Assembly: GCA_003514005.1 (NCBI GenBank)
Contig: DOSJ01000004.1
Span: 37,533 to 101,532 of the forward strand
Length of the DNA: 64,000 nucleotides
From: Candidatus Falkowbacteria bacterium
GTDB taxonomy: Bacteria > Patescibacteriota > Patescibacteriia > Patescibacteriales > UBA12075
Reading direction: 5' to 3'
Shown here: one piece after another, positions 1 to 9,123 of the stretch
How positions within the stretch are numbered: position 1 is the stretch's first letter
Layout of the letters: each line of letters begins with the position of its first letter
The notes under the pieces: model-generated
The model's database searches: none
Told to the model about the DNA's origin: nothing
The model's input: only the letters and a program-made list of their open reading frames with translations
Program-made: the position numbers and the translations under genes

Positions 1-963
1 TTATTTGTATTGTTCGTTGGAACGTCTTTTGCTGAAAAAACCACACTGAATATTGGCTCTGGCGCTGAAGGCGGCGTATATTATCGAATTATCGAGGAAA
101 TCGGAAAATTTTGCAATTCTGCCACTTTGGGAATTGAACACTATATGGTAGAAAGTGGATCTCCGGCAAAAAAACAGCCTGAAGGTGGTTCTGTAAAAAA
201 TCTGCGCAATTTACTGAATAATAATATAAATGCTGGAATTATTCAGGCAGATATTGCTCATTTGGAAAAAATGAACAATCAAGACATGAATCGGATTCAG
301 GCGTTGGTACCACTCCATAAAGAATATGTACATATTATTGTTCCAACTATTGTCAGAAAAATTGTTCAGGAAGCGACAAAGGGAAAATTCGGTTTTGGCG
401 CTAAAGAAGCGGTTTACGGAGTAGTGGAAAACCCTCTGGAAAATATTGGTCAGTTATCAGGCCTGAAAGTGGTAGCATGGGGCGGATCGATAAAAACCGC
501 AGAAATTATCAAGCTGATGAGTAACATTGGTTATGAGATTATTCCAGTAGAAGATTTAGAAGAGGCTAAGCTAAAAATTAACAATAATGAAGCTAGCGCA
601 ATTATTGCCGTTGTCGGCACACCGGCACCGTTTGTTGAGGCACTACCAAAGAGAGAGTTTAAGCTTTTGAATCTTAACAAGGCGACGCAAGACAGTCTGA
701 ACAGTATTTATGGAGTTGGAAAAGTCTCCTATGATAATCTTGGCACCTTAAGTGGCCAATCCGCGGAAGTTTTTTCAGTGGATAGTATCCTATTTACCAG
801 GGTATACAGCACTCCTCAAATGGTTTCTGCTTTGTCTGAATTGCAAAATAGCATAAAGAAAAAGATTTTTGAAATTCGGGATGCTAGCGGTACTCATCCG
901 GCGTGGCAGACTATTGACCCTTCCCGCCCAGTAAAATGGGATAACGTGTTTACCGGAAAATAG
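1..963 (+). CDS. TAXI/NMT1-like periplasmic solute-binding protein (5' end probably outside window)
   Basis: The frame-1 ORF is open to the left window edge; the listed start at 10 is an internal TTG. The glycine-rich 'TLNIGSGAEGGVYY' and 'GGSVKNLRNL..NAGIIQADIA' resemble the N-terminal signature of TAXI-type TRAP solute receptors. No HMM run. Confidence 0.5.
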   Translation, partial: LFVLFVGTSFAEKTTLNIGSGAEGGVYYRIIEEIGKFCNSATLGIEHYMVESGSPAKKQPEGGSVKNLRNLLNNNINAGIIQADIAHLEKMNNQDMNRIQALVPLHKEYVHIIVPTIVRKIVQEATKGKFGFGAKEAVYGVVENPLENIGQLSGLKVVAWGGSIKTAEIIKLMSNIGYEIIPVEDLEEAKLKINNNEASAIIAVVGTPAPFVEALPKREFKLLNLNKATQDSLNSIYGVGKVSYDNLGTLSGQSAEVFSVDSILFTRVYSTPQMVSALSELQNSIKKKIFEIRDASGTHPAWQTIDPSRPVKWDNVFTGK

Positions 964-987
964 GTAAACAGAAAAAAATAAACAAAA

Positions 988-1016
988 CCCTTAACGTCTT
1001 ACGTTAAGGGTTTTTA
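988..1016. terminator. Rho-independent terminator, probably bidirectional
   Basis: Stem CCCTTAACGT/ACGTTAAGGG with loop CTT. T5 follows on the + strand and a T-rich run on the - strand. It lies between convergent genes. Confidence 0.8.
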
Positions 1017-1073
1017 ATTTGAAAAATAAAATTTTTTAATGTTACATATTTTCTGTCTTATGTTTCATCCGAT

Positions 1074-1649
1074 TTATATTACCCCTCGTCCTCTCAATTC
1101 AAAAAAACACCGCGCGCAAGCTTTTACATCCGCCAGCGCATCGTGCGCTCCGTCAAATCCTTCGTCGAATAATTTGATATGTAATTCTGTCAGTTTTGGC
1201 CATTTGAAACCGCGGCCGTTTGCATGCGGAATGCGGCAAAAATCGGTAGCGGTTTGCATGGTGCAGAATTTATCAATATCATCCAAGCTGTTTTCGATCT
1301 TTTTGCGGAAAAATTCGGCGCCGATTATTTTTATATCAAAACTAATGTTGTGAGCGATAAGCATTTCGGAATTATTAAGCGAATCGGAAAATTCTTGCAA
1401 GGCATTATGCAAATCGATTCCCTCAGTCAACGCCCGTTCAGTTGTAATGCCATGAACGCTAGAAGCTTCTTTAGGAATTAAAAATCCTTCTGGCTTTATA
1501 ATATAATTTTGCCCGGATAAGACCTCGCCGTTATCATCAGTCGCAACCCAGGCAAGCTGGACCATGCGTGGCCAATTGTCCGTATCATGAATCGGTGCTT
1601 GCCAGTTTTTTGGTAAACCGGTTGTTTCTGTGTCAAAAAATAAGTACAT
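1074..1649 (-). CDS. DEDDh 3'-5' exonuclease (DnaQ / Pol III epsilon-like)
   Basis: Exo motifs 'FFDTETTGL', 'LIAHNISFD' and 'HDALADV' occur in the canonical order and spacing. Confidence 0.85.
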   Translation of the reverse strand: MYLFFDTETTGLPKNWQAPIHDTDNWPRMVQLAWVATDDNGEVLSGQNYIIKPEGFLIPKEASSVHGITTERALTEGIDLHNALQEFSDSLNNSEMLIAHNISFDIKIIGAEFFRKKIENSLDDIDKFCTMQTATDFCRIPHANGRGFKWPKLTELHIKLFDEGFDGAHDALADVKACARCFFELRGRGVI

Positions 1650-1704
1650 AATTTTTTATTTTTTAGTATTTAGATATTTTTTAATATAGCATGGAAACAT
1701 ATTT

Positions 1705-1713
1705 TTATCCACA
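1705..1713 (+). promoter_or_regulatory. Perfect TTATCCACA 9-mer (DnaA-box consensus), function unknown
   Basis: Exact match read in the divergent intergenic region, ~150 bp upstream of the -10 at 1859. One of four perfect copies in the window, all intergenic. Confidence 0.4.
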
Positions 1714-1837
1714 AGAGAATAATTAAATTAAAAATTAAAAATTAAGAATTAAAAATGAATTAATTTTAAAAATTTTCTTTTCTAATGTTAGTTAATTGTT
1801 AATAACAGACATAAGACAATAAATATAGATCTTACGC

Positions 1838-1867
1838 TTGTATTTTAGTGGCTAAAAATGGTACAAT
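1838..1867 (+). promoter_or_regulatory. Extended -10 promoter of the HTH gene / giant ORF 1 unit
   Basis: TTGTAT, 18 nt, then TGgTACAAT. The block AAAATGGTAYAATATAKTTAGAAAA is conserved with the promoter at 10844. Confidence 0.6.
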
Positions 1868-1917
1868 ATATTTAGAAAAGAAAAATCTCGTAGGTCGAGA
1901 TTTGACGTAAAAATTCT

Positions 1918-1949
1918 TATCTCGAGTATCGAGAATGACTAATATTAAA
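1918..1949 (+). promoter_or_regulatory. Conserved leader: hairpin TCTCGA-GTA-TCGAGA plus (A)TGAsCTAATATTAAA
   Basis: The same ~32-nt block occurs at 10871-10902. Both copies end ~25 nt before a start codon. A second similar hairpin, ATCTCG..CGAGAT, lies at 1885-1901. Confidence 0.55.
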
Positions 1950-1957
1950 TAAACAAC

Positions 1958-2371
1958 GTGAAAGACGAAAAAAACCTTATATCCTTGAAAGATGCGGCAA
2001 AAATATCTGGGTATTCAGCGGATTATATTGGACAGTTGATTCGAGCCGGAAAGATACCCGGAAAACAAGTGTGTTGCACTGTTGCCTGGATGACAACCGC
2101 TGATGCCGTTACTGCCTATAAAAACAAAGGCAATGCTGACGCTAAATTAAGTATCAAGGAAAAACTGGCGAATCAAGCGCGAATGGTGGTTATGGAATTT
2201 GATATTATCAAGCTATTTTTTAAAACATTCAAACATTCTTTGCCTTTATTATTAGTAATTTTTATCAGCTTTATCAGTATCAGTTTTTTTGTCGTTTACC
2301 TAATCGGCGCAAAAACAAATGTTAATTCAAAAAGTATTAACAATTCGTCTAGATCGGGTATGACATTCTGA
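1958..2371 (+). CDS. Small HTH (excisionase/MerR-like) protein with C-terminal transmembrane helix
   Basis: The N-terminal 'ISLKDAAKISGYSADYIGQLIRAGKIPG' is HTH-like. A hydrophobic helix 'LPLLLVIFISFISISFFVVYLI' lies near the C-terminus. GTG start. Confidence 0.5.
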   Translation: MKDEKNLISLKDAAKISGYSADYIGQLIRAGKIPGKQVCCTVAWMTTADAVTAYKNKGNADAKLSIKEKLANQARMVVMEFDIIKLFFKTFKHSLPLLLVIFISFISISFFVVYLIGAKTNVNSKSINNSSRSGMTF

Positions 2372-2534
2372 AATATATTTAATTATTTTTTTAAAATTAA
2401 GCCTTTAAACTTTAAAAATTTAAATGGTAGCACAAGACAAGATGTTTAAACTATTACTTTAACATACACGCTAATAGTAATAGACGTAAAGGCGAGTAAT
2501 TTTAAAAAAATAATTAAATATATTTCAGAATGTC
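2362..2534. repeat. Perfect 38-bp inverted repeat flanking a 97-nt spacer
   Basis: Left arm 2362-2399 (GACATTCTGAAATATATTTAATTATTTTTTTAAAATTA) is the exact reverse complement of 2497-2534. The left arm overlaps the stop codon of the HTH gene. Confidence 0.95.
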
Positions 2535-2604
2535 GCGTAAATTTATTTAATAAAGCCCAAAAAAACTTATAAATAAGTAGTTTTTGTAAATAAAAAGCAT
2601 CCCC

Positions 2605-5600
2605 ATGCTTGTGCGCAAGAACAGATATCGAAAAATTGTGAGAAATTTTTCTCGATTTTTTGGTCATAAAAACAAAATAACCAGCCAGAGGCGTGTCTAC
2701 GTTTCTGGCTGGCGTTTTGTTTTCGCAAGCTTTATCATATTTTCGATTTTTGCTTATTTTTTTCCGTTCGGACGATTGTTAAATTCGATCAAAGCCTTTG
2801 GTGGGCAAACGGAAAAAATCAACCTGTATGCCAACTATATTCAATCTGAAGAAACGGATGACTTTGCGCAAGGCTGGCACAACAAAGAAAAAGCCGGCGG
2901 CTTGCAAGACCTTGGTCCGAATGCGGACATGCTCGAGTTTTCCGATGAAAATTCCGCTTTTTATTCTGGCGGAAATTTTAGCTTGATTGCCGGGAATTTT
3001 CAATTTTTAACAGAGGCGGCGAATAAGATTATTGAAAATGAACAAGCCGAAGATATTTTGGCAGAAGAACAAGGTGCGGAAATAGTTGATGAGTCTGCTG
3101 ACCTGGAAGATGACACCGAGTCTGAAGATGAAGTCAATTCAGGTGATGAAGCTAATCTGAATGAGGTAGACGAAAATGTGTTTTTGTCAGACGAACAGGG
3201 TGATGACAATTTTGATCAAGAAGAAGAAACCATAAATTCGGCTGATTCAAATTTGACAGAGGAAGCGAACAACATTGTTGACGATAGTTTTGTTGAATCA
3301 GAAAATCTGGATAAACCAGATGTTACTTCAGAAACGACTAAGAGTGAAATTAAAGACTCGGAAGAAACAGAACCGGTTGTAGAACCATTTGACAATAGCC
3401 AAACTCAGGTTTTGATTGAAAGTATTCCAGTCGTTGAAACGGAAACCGAAGTAGTCGGATCTAATGAATCAGGGGCAGAACCCGAGGCCGAGGTGATTGG
3501 GACAGATGAGTCCGTTGCCGAGCAGGTTGTTTCTTATTTAGACAAATTTAAAAAATATTTTATTGCAAAAGCCGCGAACGCGCAAAGCTTTGTCAGCGCG
3601 GAAATTAAAACTTTGGAAGATTTGGGGACATTTAAATCAGCGGTAATTAATCTTTCTTTGGCAATCCATTCCGGAGATATTGCCGGTGATGTTATTGCGG
3701 AAAATATGGATAGCCCGGAAGCTGATACTGCGGAGACGGGGCAATTAGAATCCGATTTTGATAATTCTTTAATAACTATTTGGTATTCGCTTGGCGAACA
3801 AGCCGTGGAAACTGATTCTGACGCGGCAAGCAATACAGATAATCTTTTGTGGCAAAAGCTGGATGTGATTCAATCGAGCAGTGTTTCCAATGCCCTTAAT
3901 AACGGATACTTCAGTTTTGCGGCGCCGTTTTTGGAATCTTGGCAGGATATAGATAATCTAAAAATTAAGCTGGAAGTTTTGGATAATGGCCGGAAAAACT
4001 TGATTTATCTGGATAGTGTTTGGGTTGAGAGCGTATTTGAACGTGAGTCCGAACTGGACAAGCTAAAACAGCGCCAGCGCTGGGAAGAGGCCTTGGACGT
4101 TTTGTCTGACAACTTGATATTCAAAGCCGGTGAAGGCGGCGAGTTGAAATTCCAATACAACAAGAATGAAGAGCGGATTTGGGAAACGCTGGGAGAGTTT
4201 TTGGGTATTGGCAATTTTTGGAAGAATGTTGATTTGGCAATCGTATTGTTTGATCCTTCCGGAGCTGAAACCAATATTGATCTGACTACGATATTTGAGA
4301 GCGACGGAATATTTACCGTTCGTTTGCCGGATACGCTCGCGCTTATGCCCGGCCAATATCGATTGAAGTTTTTTATCAAAGACAGCTCAGGTGAAGCAGT
4401 GGAGGAATTTGAAAAAGTACAAGAATTTTATTGGGGAGTTTTGGCAATGAATTTTAATAAATCCGAATACGAGGCCGCGGAAACCGGTTTTGTACAGATG
4501 GCGGTCCTGGATGACGGCGGACATACGATTTGCAACGCCGAGGTGAACCTTGAGGTCAAAGATGCAAATGGCGATACGCAAATATTTTCGACAAGCGAAA
4601 CCGATGAAGCGAAGCGAATTGTCGTTTCCAAAGAATGCGGTCCAGAAACGGTTACGAATGTACCGGATTATTCGATGCATTATCAGTTTGGTGATAAGGG
4701 AAACTATGAATTCAAATTGACAGCCAAGACTTCTGCCGGAGAGAAAACTATTTTTGAAACAATTGAGGTGAAAGATGTGGGCGCTTTTAGCGTGGAGCGT
4801 TTTGGGCCGACGCGTATTTGGCCGAAAGCGGATTATGGGATGAAGATGAATGTTCTTAGTAGAGAAGATTTTGTTGGAAGTATAGTTGAGACTGTTCCGA
4901 CAGGGTTTAAAATTTCTAATTTCCAATTTCTAATTTCTAATGAATTGCAAAATTTTCAATTTTCAATTGACGAGTTAGAGAATGGAAGCCAAATTACGAT
5001 TAAAGATGTGAATTTAAAAGCTGGGGAGGTTTTGGATATCAATTATACTTTTGATGCACCGGATCGGTCGCCGGAATTGTATCTAGTTGGGCCGCTCTCA
5101 ATCCAAATCGAAAACCCGAAAAGTCCCGATGGGACATCGGGTCTTGATCGAAAATCGGAAATCGAAAATCGCTCCTGGCAGATCGCGTCCGATTCGTTTG
5201 TTAAGCGAGCGCGAACTGTTATGTTTCAGGCTGGGGTTTATAATGACGTGGCAGGCGGGACCGGGCAGAATACCAATAATGACCATGTTTTGCCGGTTTT
5301 TAATTGGAAATTGGCAGAAAGCGGCGTTACGATAAAGAACGCTTATGTTGTTATGGAAACGCAGTTTGAGGCTTATAATACTACCGGTGTTGCTTATAGC
5401 GGCTATAAGCTTGGATTTGATGCTTGCGTTGAAGATTGTACAGCCGCGGCTTTTGGCGCCGGGGGCGGTCAAATAGCAGATGACAATGCTAATGCGCTTG
5501 TGTATGATGATACAGAATCAAACAACGGGCGCTTTCTTTTGGATGTGACGAACGAGGCACAGATTAGTGCCTATACCGGTGATGGCGTATTGATGGAGTC

Positions 5601-8600
5601 GCAGTTTGGCTATCGCTTAAAAAACAGCTCGGCTTATTCTTCGATAGCGAATGCCAGTGCAATGTTGATAGTCACGTATACATATGATATTGATTCGCCG
5701 AATATTACTAATACGGTTATTTATCCTCTGGATTCCGACACCGGTACGAACTATGGCTCTATGCAAGCCGCCCAAGCTGCTTGCACGGCTGACAGCAATT
5801 GTCCGACATTTTCTTATAATATGACATTGCCAGAGTGGTCGGGAGTCGCGACTTCAAGCAATAGGGTTTCTCAGTGGTTCAAAATGTTTGCCGCGCCTAC
5901 TGCCAATACGACAACTGATTTGCGCCCATATCTAGATATTCAGACCATAAATAACAATAGCAGTGCTTTTCATTTTGAAGAAGCTCTTTCTGGCAATGGC
6001 AGTACGCCGCCGATGTATTTTTCGGACTGGTCAGGATCCGGATACGCCGAGAATTTGGCGCAACAAACCGAACTATATGTCAATACGACTAATTATGTTT
6101 TGGGCGGCGAGGTTACGGAAACTTATATCGCCTCTAGCTCCGCGCCGGTAAAAACACGGACTGTGTCTTTTCCGATGGGTGTTATTTCAAACGGTAATAC
6201 CGTTGCTTTGAATAGTCAAACAGCAAATGTGTTTTTTCCGGAAAATGGAAGCGCGACTGGTACGGTTGATATCAAGAGTGCTTGGGTTAGAATAACGGCG
6301 AATGGACATACGGTTAGCGGAACTACCTATACCGCGAATGTATCGACAAAAACCGGAAATAATACTACTACCGGAAATCTGGCTTATCAGTTTCGCTCTT
6401 CGGTTGCCGTAACTAGTCCGGTTTTAAATATAATCCATATAATACCTTCAAGTGATTATACAGAGCTGGAAAGCGCGACAGCCACATCCGGTAAGGCGGT
6501 TGTCGTGAATCTGACATATCTTAACGCCTTGTTTAATGGCGCATCCGTGGAGCTTATGATTACCTATACTTATTCCAGCGAGCAGTCTGGGTATCTTTCC
6601 AGTTTGAATCTTTTTGGCGGACAAGCGGCAAGCGCGCCGGCAACTTCTACCGTTTTGGCAACCGCCAATTCTGTGTTTCCAGAATCGGCAAACAAGACTT
6701 TACTGGCAGCCGGTTTGCGCGCGCATTATTTGAACTCAAACAGCTCAGCCGCGATGGGCACTACCGTTCATTTGTCAACGGCAAATTTGGCGATTGGAAC
6801 ACCGAATTGCGGTTCACCGGCTTATCGGGCGATTCCTGATAGTGTTAATATGACAACAGAAATGCTAGTTAGCGTCAGCGGAGCAATGACAACGGATGAT
6901 AATCAAGCGTATTCCGCCTGCTATGCCAGTGATAATACGGCTATAACAACGGATTCGGCGAAAATGAACGGGACATTGACCTATACTTACGGCTGGACCA
7001 ATACGCCTCCGGTAAGCTCTTTTAATAGCGCAGTTTTTCGGCGAGACGGCAGCGGGACAGTTGATTTGGATGTAGAGGCTGATGATGCTGATGATCATGA
7101 CGTGCGCGCAAAGCTAGAGTTTGCTACTGGAACGACCTGCGTTTTTAGTGCGCCCGGTGACCCTTTGCTTGATGAAATAAATGAAAATATTACGGCTGAT
7201 TTTGCCGATCCATATATCGAGAATGATAATATTTATCAGATTGGAACTGCTAATGGCTATATTAAAACTGCCTCTGGCTCGAATTCGGTTTCTTTTGATT
7301 GGTTGGCAAAGCAAAATTTGGACAAGGTTGAGGGAACTTATTGCCTCAGGCTGACAGCGAATGATACGTTTGCCGATCAGAGCGCGCCGGCGACGACTAC
7401 CGTATATATTGACACTTTGCCACCAACTTCGCCTGGACAATTAAGTCTGAATAGCAGGACAGGGACTAGCGTAACTTTGAATTTTGGAGCTACAACGACC
7501 GAAACAAATTTTAATGAATATAAGATATTTTATAAAATCGCGAATGGCACGGATCCGACCGAGAGCGACAATATGTGGGCATCCTCTTCAGACATTAATC
7601 TGTATAATAAATTTTTTAATGATAAATCTACCACGACAATCAATGTTAGCTTGGTCGGCAGTACGACATATAGCTTTGCGATTTGGGCTTATGATACATA
7701 CGGCAACAAAGCCAGTTCGTCGCGGGTTGATATAATGACGAATGACGCGCCTTTGAGCAGTTTTAACACAGCGGACACAAAGCAAAGAAATGATGGCAGT
7801 GGAGTTGTTGATATTTCGTTGGAGATAGACGATTTGAACGATCATAATCAGCTGTCGGCAAAGCTTGAATACGCATTGGGAGCAGATTGTATTTTTGCTC
7901 CGGGATTGGACCCGCTCTTGGATGAAAATCCGGCGCATGTATCCGCGGATTTTGGCTTGCCCGGAGTGTTGAATGAGAATGAATATCAGATTGGTAATGC
8001 AACCGGCTGGATCATGACTTCGCCTGGAGCAAACACGATTAATGTGGATTGGCTTATGCGGCAAGACGAGGAAAATGCTGATAGCACATATTGTTTGCGT
8101 TTGACAGCTAATGACAGCTTTGATATTCAAAAGACCCTAGCAACCGCGACAATTACGTTGGATAATGTTAATCCAACTGCACCTGGCGCGCTAAGTTCGG
8201 CCGGAGTAACAACCAATAGCATTGATCTGGCCTATGATACTGATAATATTTCAAGCGACACAAACGAGCCTACTGTAAACGCATACAAAGTATATTATAA
8301 AAAAGCGGAGTCAGGGGTAACAATGAACGATACAGAAATCGATAGAACGCATTTTAATACCTACGATTTTAATGGCGCGACATCAACTTTGATAAGCGGA
8401 CTAGAGCAGAATACTTGGTATGTCTTTAATATTTGGTCTTTTGACGCGTATGGCAACATGTCAACAGGAACCGAAACTGCGATCAAGACCAGCGCGACAA
8501 TCAAGAATGAATCGTTAACTTTTGTAAATCCGCGAACAGAAGGGTTGGATACAAACGTTGCGGTAGCGCGACCGGAAAATGAATGGAATTTCCGAGCCGT

Positions 8601-8991
8601 AGTTTCGGAAACAAACGGTTATTTTGCGCTGGATACCGTAAATCTGCGCTTGGCAAATCAGACCGATGATTCTTCGCCATTTTCCGATTTGGTTTTCTCA
8701 TGGGATCAAACGTCCGGCGTATTTACGGAAATAGGCGCGGATATCGGTAACGCGGCAGAGCTTGGTACAGGAAGCAGTGCAGATTGTCTGGGCAATATTT
8801 GTACTTTGGATTTTTATATAGTATTTACAAAAAATTATTTGGCTACCAGCACAGCTTATGCGGTTGGACTTTTGAGCACGAATGACAGCGCTACGACCGA
8901 TGAAGATATGTATTCAAATTTTTACCAAGTACGTTATCCGTTTGTCAGCCAGACGCATTATCGTTGGCGGAATGATGATGGAGGGGAGTAG
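2605..8991 (+). CDS. Giant membrane-anchored surface protein (2128 aa), paralogue of the 5230-aa ORF
   Basis: 6.4-kb uninterrupted ORF. It has a basic N-terminus plus one hydrophobic helix, and a ~170-aa Asp/Glu-rich tract. A ~255-aa module (aa ~606-862) is shared with aa ~158-402 of the 5230-aa ORF. It carries two cassettes of a ~130-aa 'DGSG..D...YCLRLTAND' domain plus an FN3-like 'LNFGATTTExNFxEYKIxYK'. It ends 'HYRWRNDDGGE*'. Confidence 0.9.
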   Translation: MLVRKNRYRKIVRNFSRFFGHKNKITSQRRVYVSGWRFVFASFIIFSIFAYFFPFGRLLNSIKAFGGQTEKINLYANYIQSEETDDFAQGWHNKEKAGGLQDLGPNADMLEFSDENSAFYSGGNFSLIAGNFQFLTEAANKIIENEQAEDILAEEQGAEIVDESADLEDDTESEDEVNSGDEANLNEVDENVFLSDEQGDDNFDQEEETINSADSNLTEEANNIVDDSFVESENLDKPDVTSETTKSEIKDSEETEPVVEPFDNSQTQVLIESIPVVETETEVVGSNESGAEPEAEVIGTDESVAEQVVSYLDKFKKYFIAKAANAQSFVSAEIKTLEDLGTFKSAVINLSLAIHSGDIAGDVIAENMDSPEADTAETGQLESDFDNSLITIWYSLGEQAVETDSDAASNTDNLLWQKLDVIQSSSVSNALNNGYFSFAAPFLESWQDIDNLKIKLEVLDNGRKNLIYLDSVWVESVFERESELDKLKQRQRWEEALDVLSDNLIFKAGEGGELKFQYNKNEERIWETLGEFLGIGNFWKNVDLAIVLFDPSGAETNIDLTTIFESDGIFTVRLPDTLALMPGQYRLKFFIKDSSGEAVEEFEKVQEFYWGVLAMNFNKSEYEAAETGFVQMAVLDDGGHTICNAEVNLEVKDANGDTQIFSTSETDEAKRIVVSKECGPETVTNVPDYSMHYQFGDKGNYEFKLTAKTSAGEKTIFETIEVKDVGAFSVERFGPTRIWPKADYGMKMNVLSREDFVGSIVETVPTGFKISNFQFLISNELQNFQFSIDELENGSQITIKDVNLKAGEVLDINYTFDAPDRSPELYLVGPLSIQIENPKSPDGTSGLDRKSEIENRSWQIASDSFVKRARTVMFQAGVYNDVAGGTGQNTNNDHVLPVFNWKLAESGVTIKNAYVVMETQFEAYNTTGVAYSGYKLGFDACVEDCTAAAFGAGGGQIADDNANALVYDDTESNNGRFLLDVTNEAQISAYTGDGVLMESQFGYRLKNSSAYSSIANASAMLIVTYTYDIDSPNITNTVIYPLDSDTGTNYGSMQAAQAACTADSNCPTFSYNMTLPEWSGVATSSNRVSQWFKMFAAPTANTTTDLRPYLDIQTINNNSSAFHFEEALSGNGSTPPMYFSDWSGSGYAENLAQQTELYVNTTNYVLGGEVTETYIASSSAPVKTRTVSFPMGVISNGNTVALNSQTANVFFPENGSATGTVDIKSAWVRITANGHTVSGTTYTANVSTKTGNNTTTGNLAYQFRSSVAVTSPVLNIIHIIPSSDYTELESATATSGKAVVVNLTYLNALFNGASVELMITYTYSSEQSGYLSSLNLFGGQAASAPATSTVLATANSVFPESANKTLLAAGLRAHYLNSNSSAAMGTTVHLSTANLAIGTPNCGSPAYRAIPDSVNMTTEMLVSVSGAMTTDDNQAYSACYASDNTAITTDSAKMNGTLTYTYGWTNTPPVSSFNSAVFRRDGSGTVDLDVEADDADDHDVRAKLEFATGTTCVFSAPGDPLLDEINENITADFADPYIENDNIYQIGTANGYIKTASGSNSVSFDWLAKQNLDKVEGTYCLRLTANDTFADQSAPATTTVYIDTLPPTSPGQLSLNSRTGTSVTLNFGATTTETNFNEYKIFYKIANGTDPTESDNMWASSSDINLYNKFFNDKSTTTINVSLVGSTTYSFAIWAYDTYGNKASSSRVDIMTNDAPLSSFNTADTKQRNDGSGVVDISLEIDDLNDHNQLSAKLEYALGADCIFAPGLDPLLDENPAHVSADFGLPGVLNENEYQIGNATGWIMTSPGANTINVDWLMRQDEENADSTYCLRLTANDSFDIQKTLATATITLDNVNPTAPGALSSAGVTTNSIDLAYDTDNISSDTNEPTVNAYKVYYKKAESGVTMNDTEIDRTHFNTYDFNGATSTLISGLEQNTWYVFNIWSFDAYGNMSTGTETAIKTSATIKNESLTFVNPRTEGLDTNVAVARPENEWNFRAVVSETNGYFALDTVNLRLANQTDDSSPFSDLVFSWDQTSGVFTEIGADIGNAAELGTGSSADCLGNICTLDFYIVFTKNYLATSTAYAVGLLSTNDSATTDEDMYSNFYQVRYPFVSQTHYRWRNDDGGE

Positions 8992-8992
8992 T

Positions 8993-9025
8993 GATTTGCG
9001 ATTTCCGATTTGCGATTTAGGATTT
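8993..9025. repeat. Tandem heptamers (GATTTSC)x4.7
   Basis: GATTTGC GATTTCC GATTTGC GATTTAG GATTT immediately follow the stop codon of giant ORF 1. Confidence 0.9.
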
Positions 9026-9030
9026 AAAAA

Positions 9031-9050
9031 ACGGCTGGTGCCGTTTTTTT
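9031..9050 (+). terminator. Rho-independent terminator of giant ORF 1
   Basis: ACGGC-TGGT-GCCGT followed by T7. Confidence 0.75.
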
Positions 9051-9058
9051 ATGTTTGT

Positions 9059-9088
9059 GGTAGAGACGCATTGCAATGCGTCTGTACA
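9059..9088. repeat. Palindrome GTAGAGACGCATTGC/GCAATGCGTCTGTAC
   Basis: 30-nt near-perfect palindrome with one mismatch. A related copy lies at 10659-10687 and a weaker one at ~9091-9125. Confidence 0.85.
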
Positions 9089-9123
9089 AGAGATGTTCAT
9101 TGCAACGCGTCTGCATTGAGACA

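Noticed and set aside
2446-2667. A 73-aa minus-strand ORF spanning the inverted-repeat spacer and the start of giant ORF 1.
   Set aside because: It runs antisense across the start of the giant gene and through the inverted-repeat arm. It is low-complexity and has no supporting signals.
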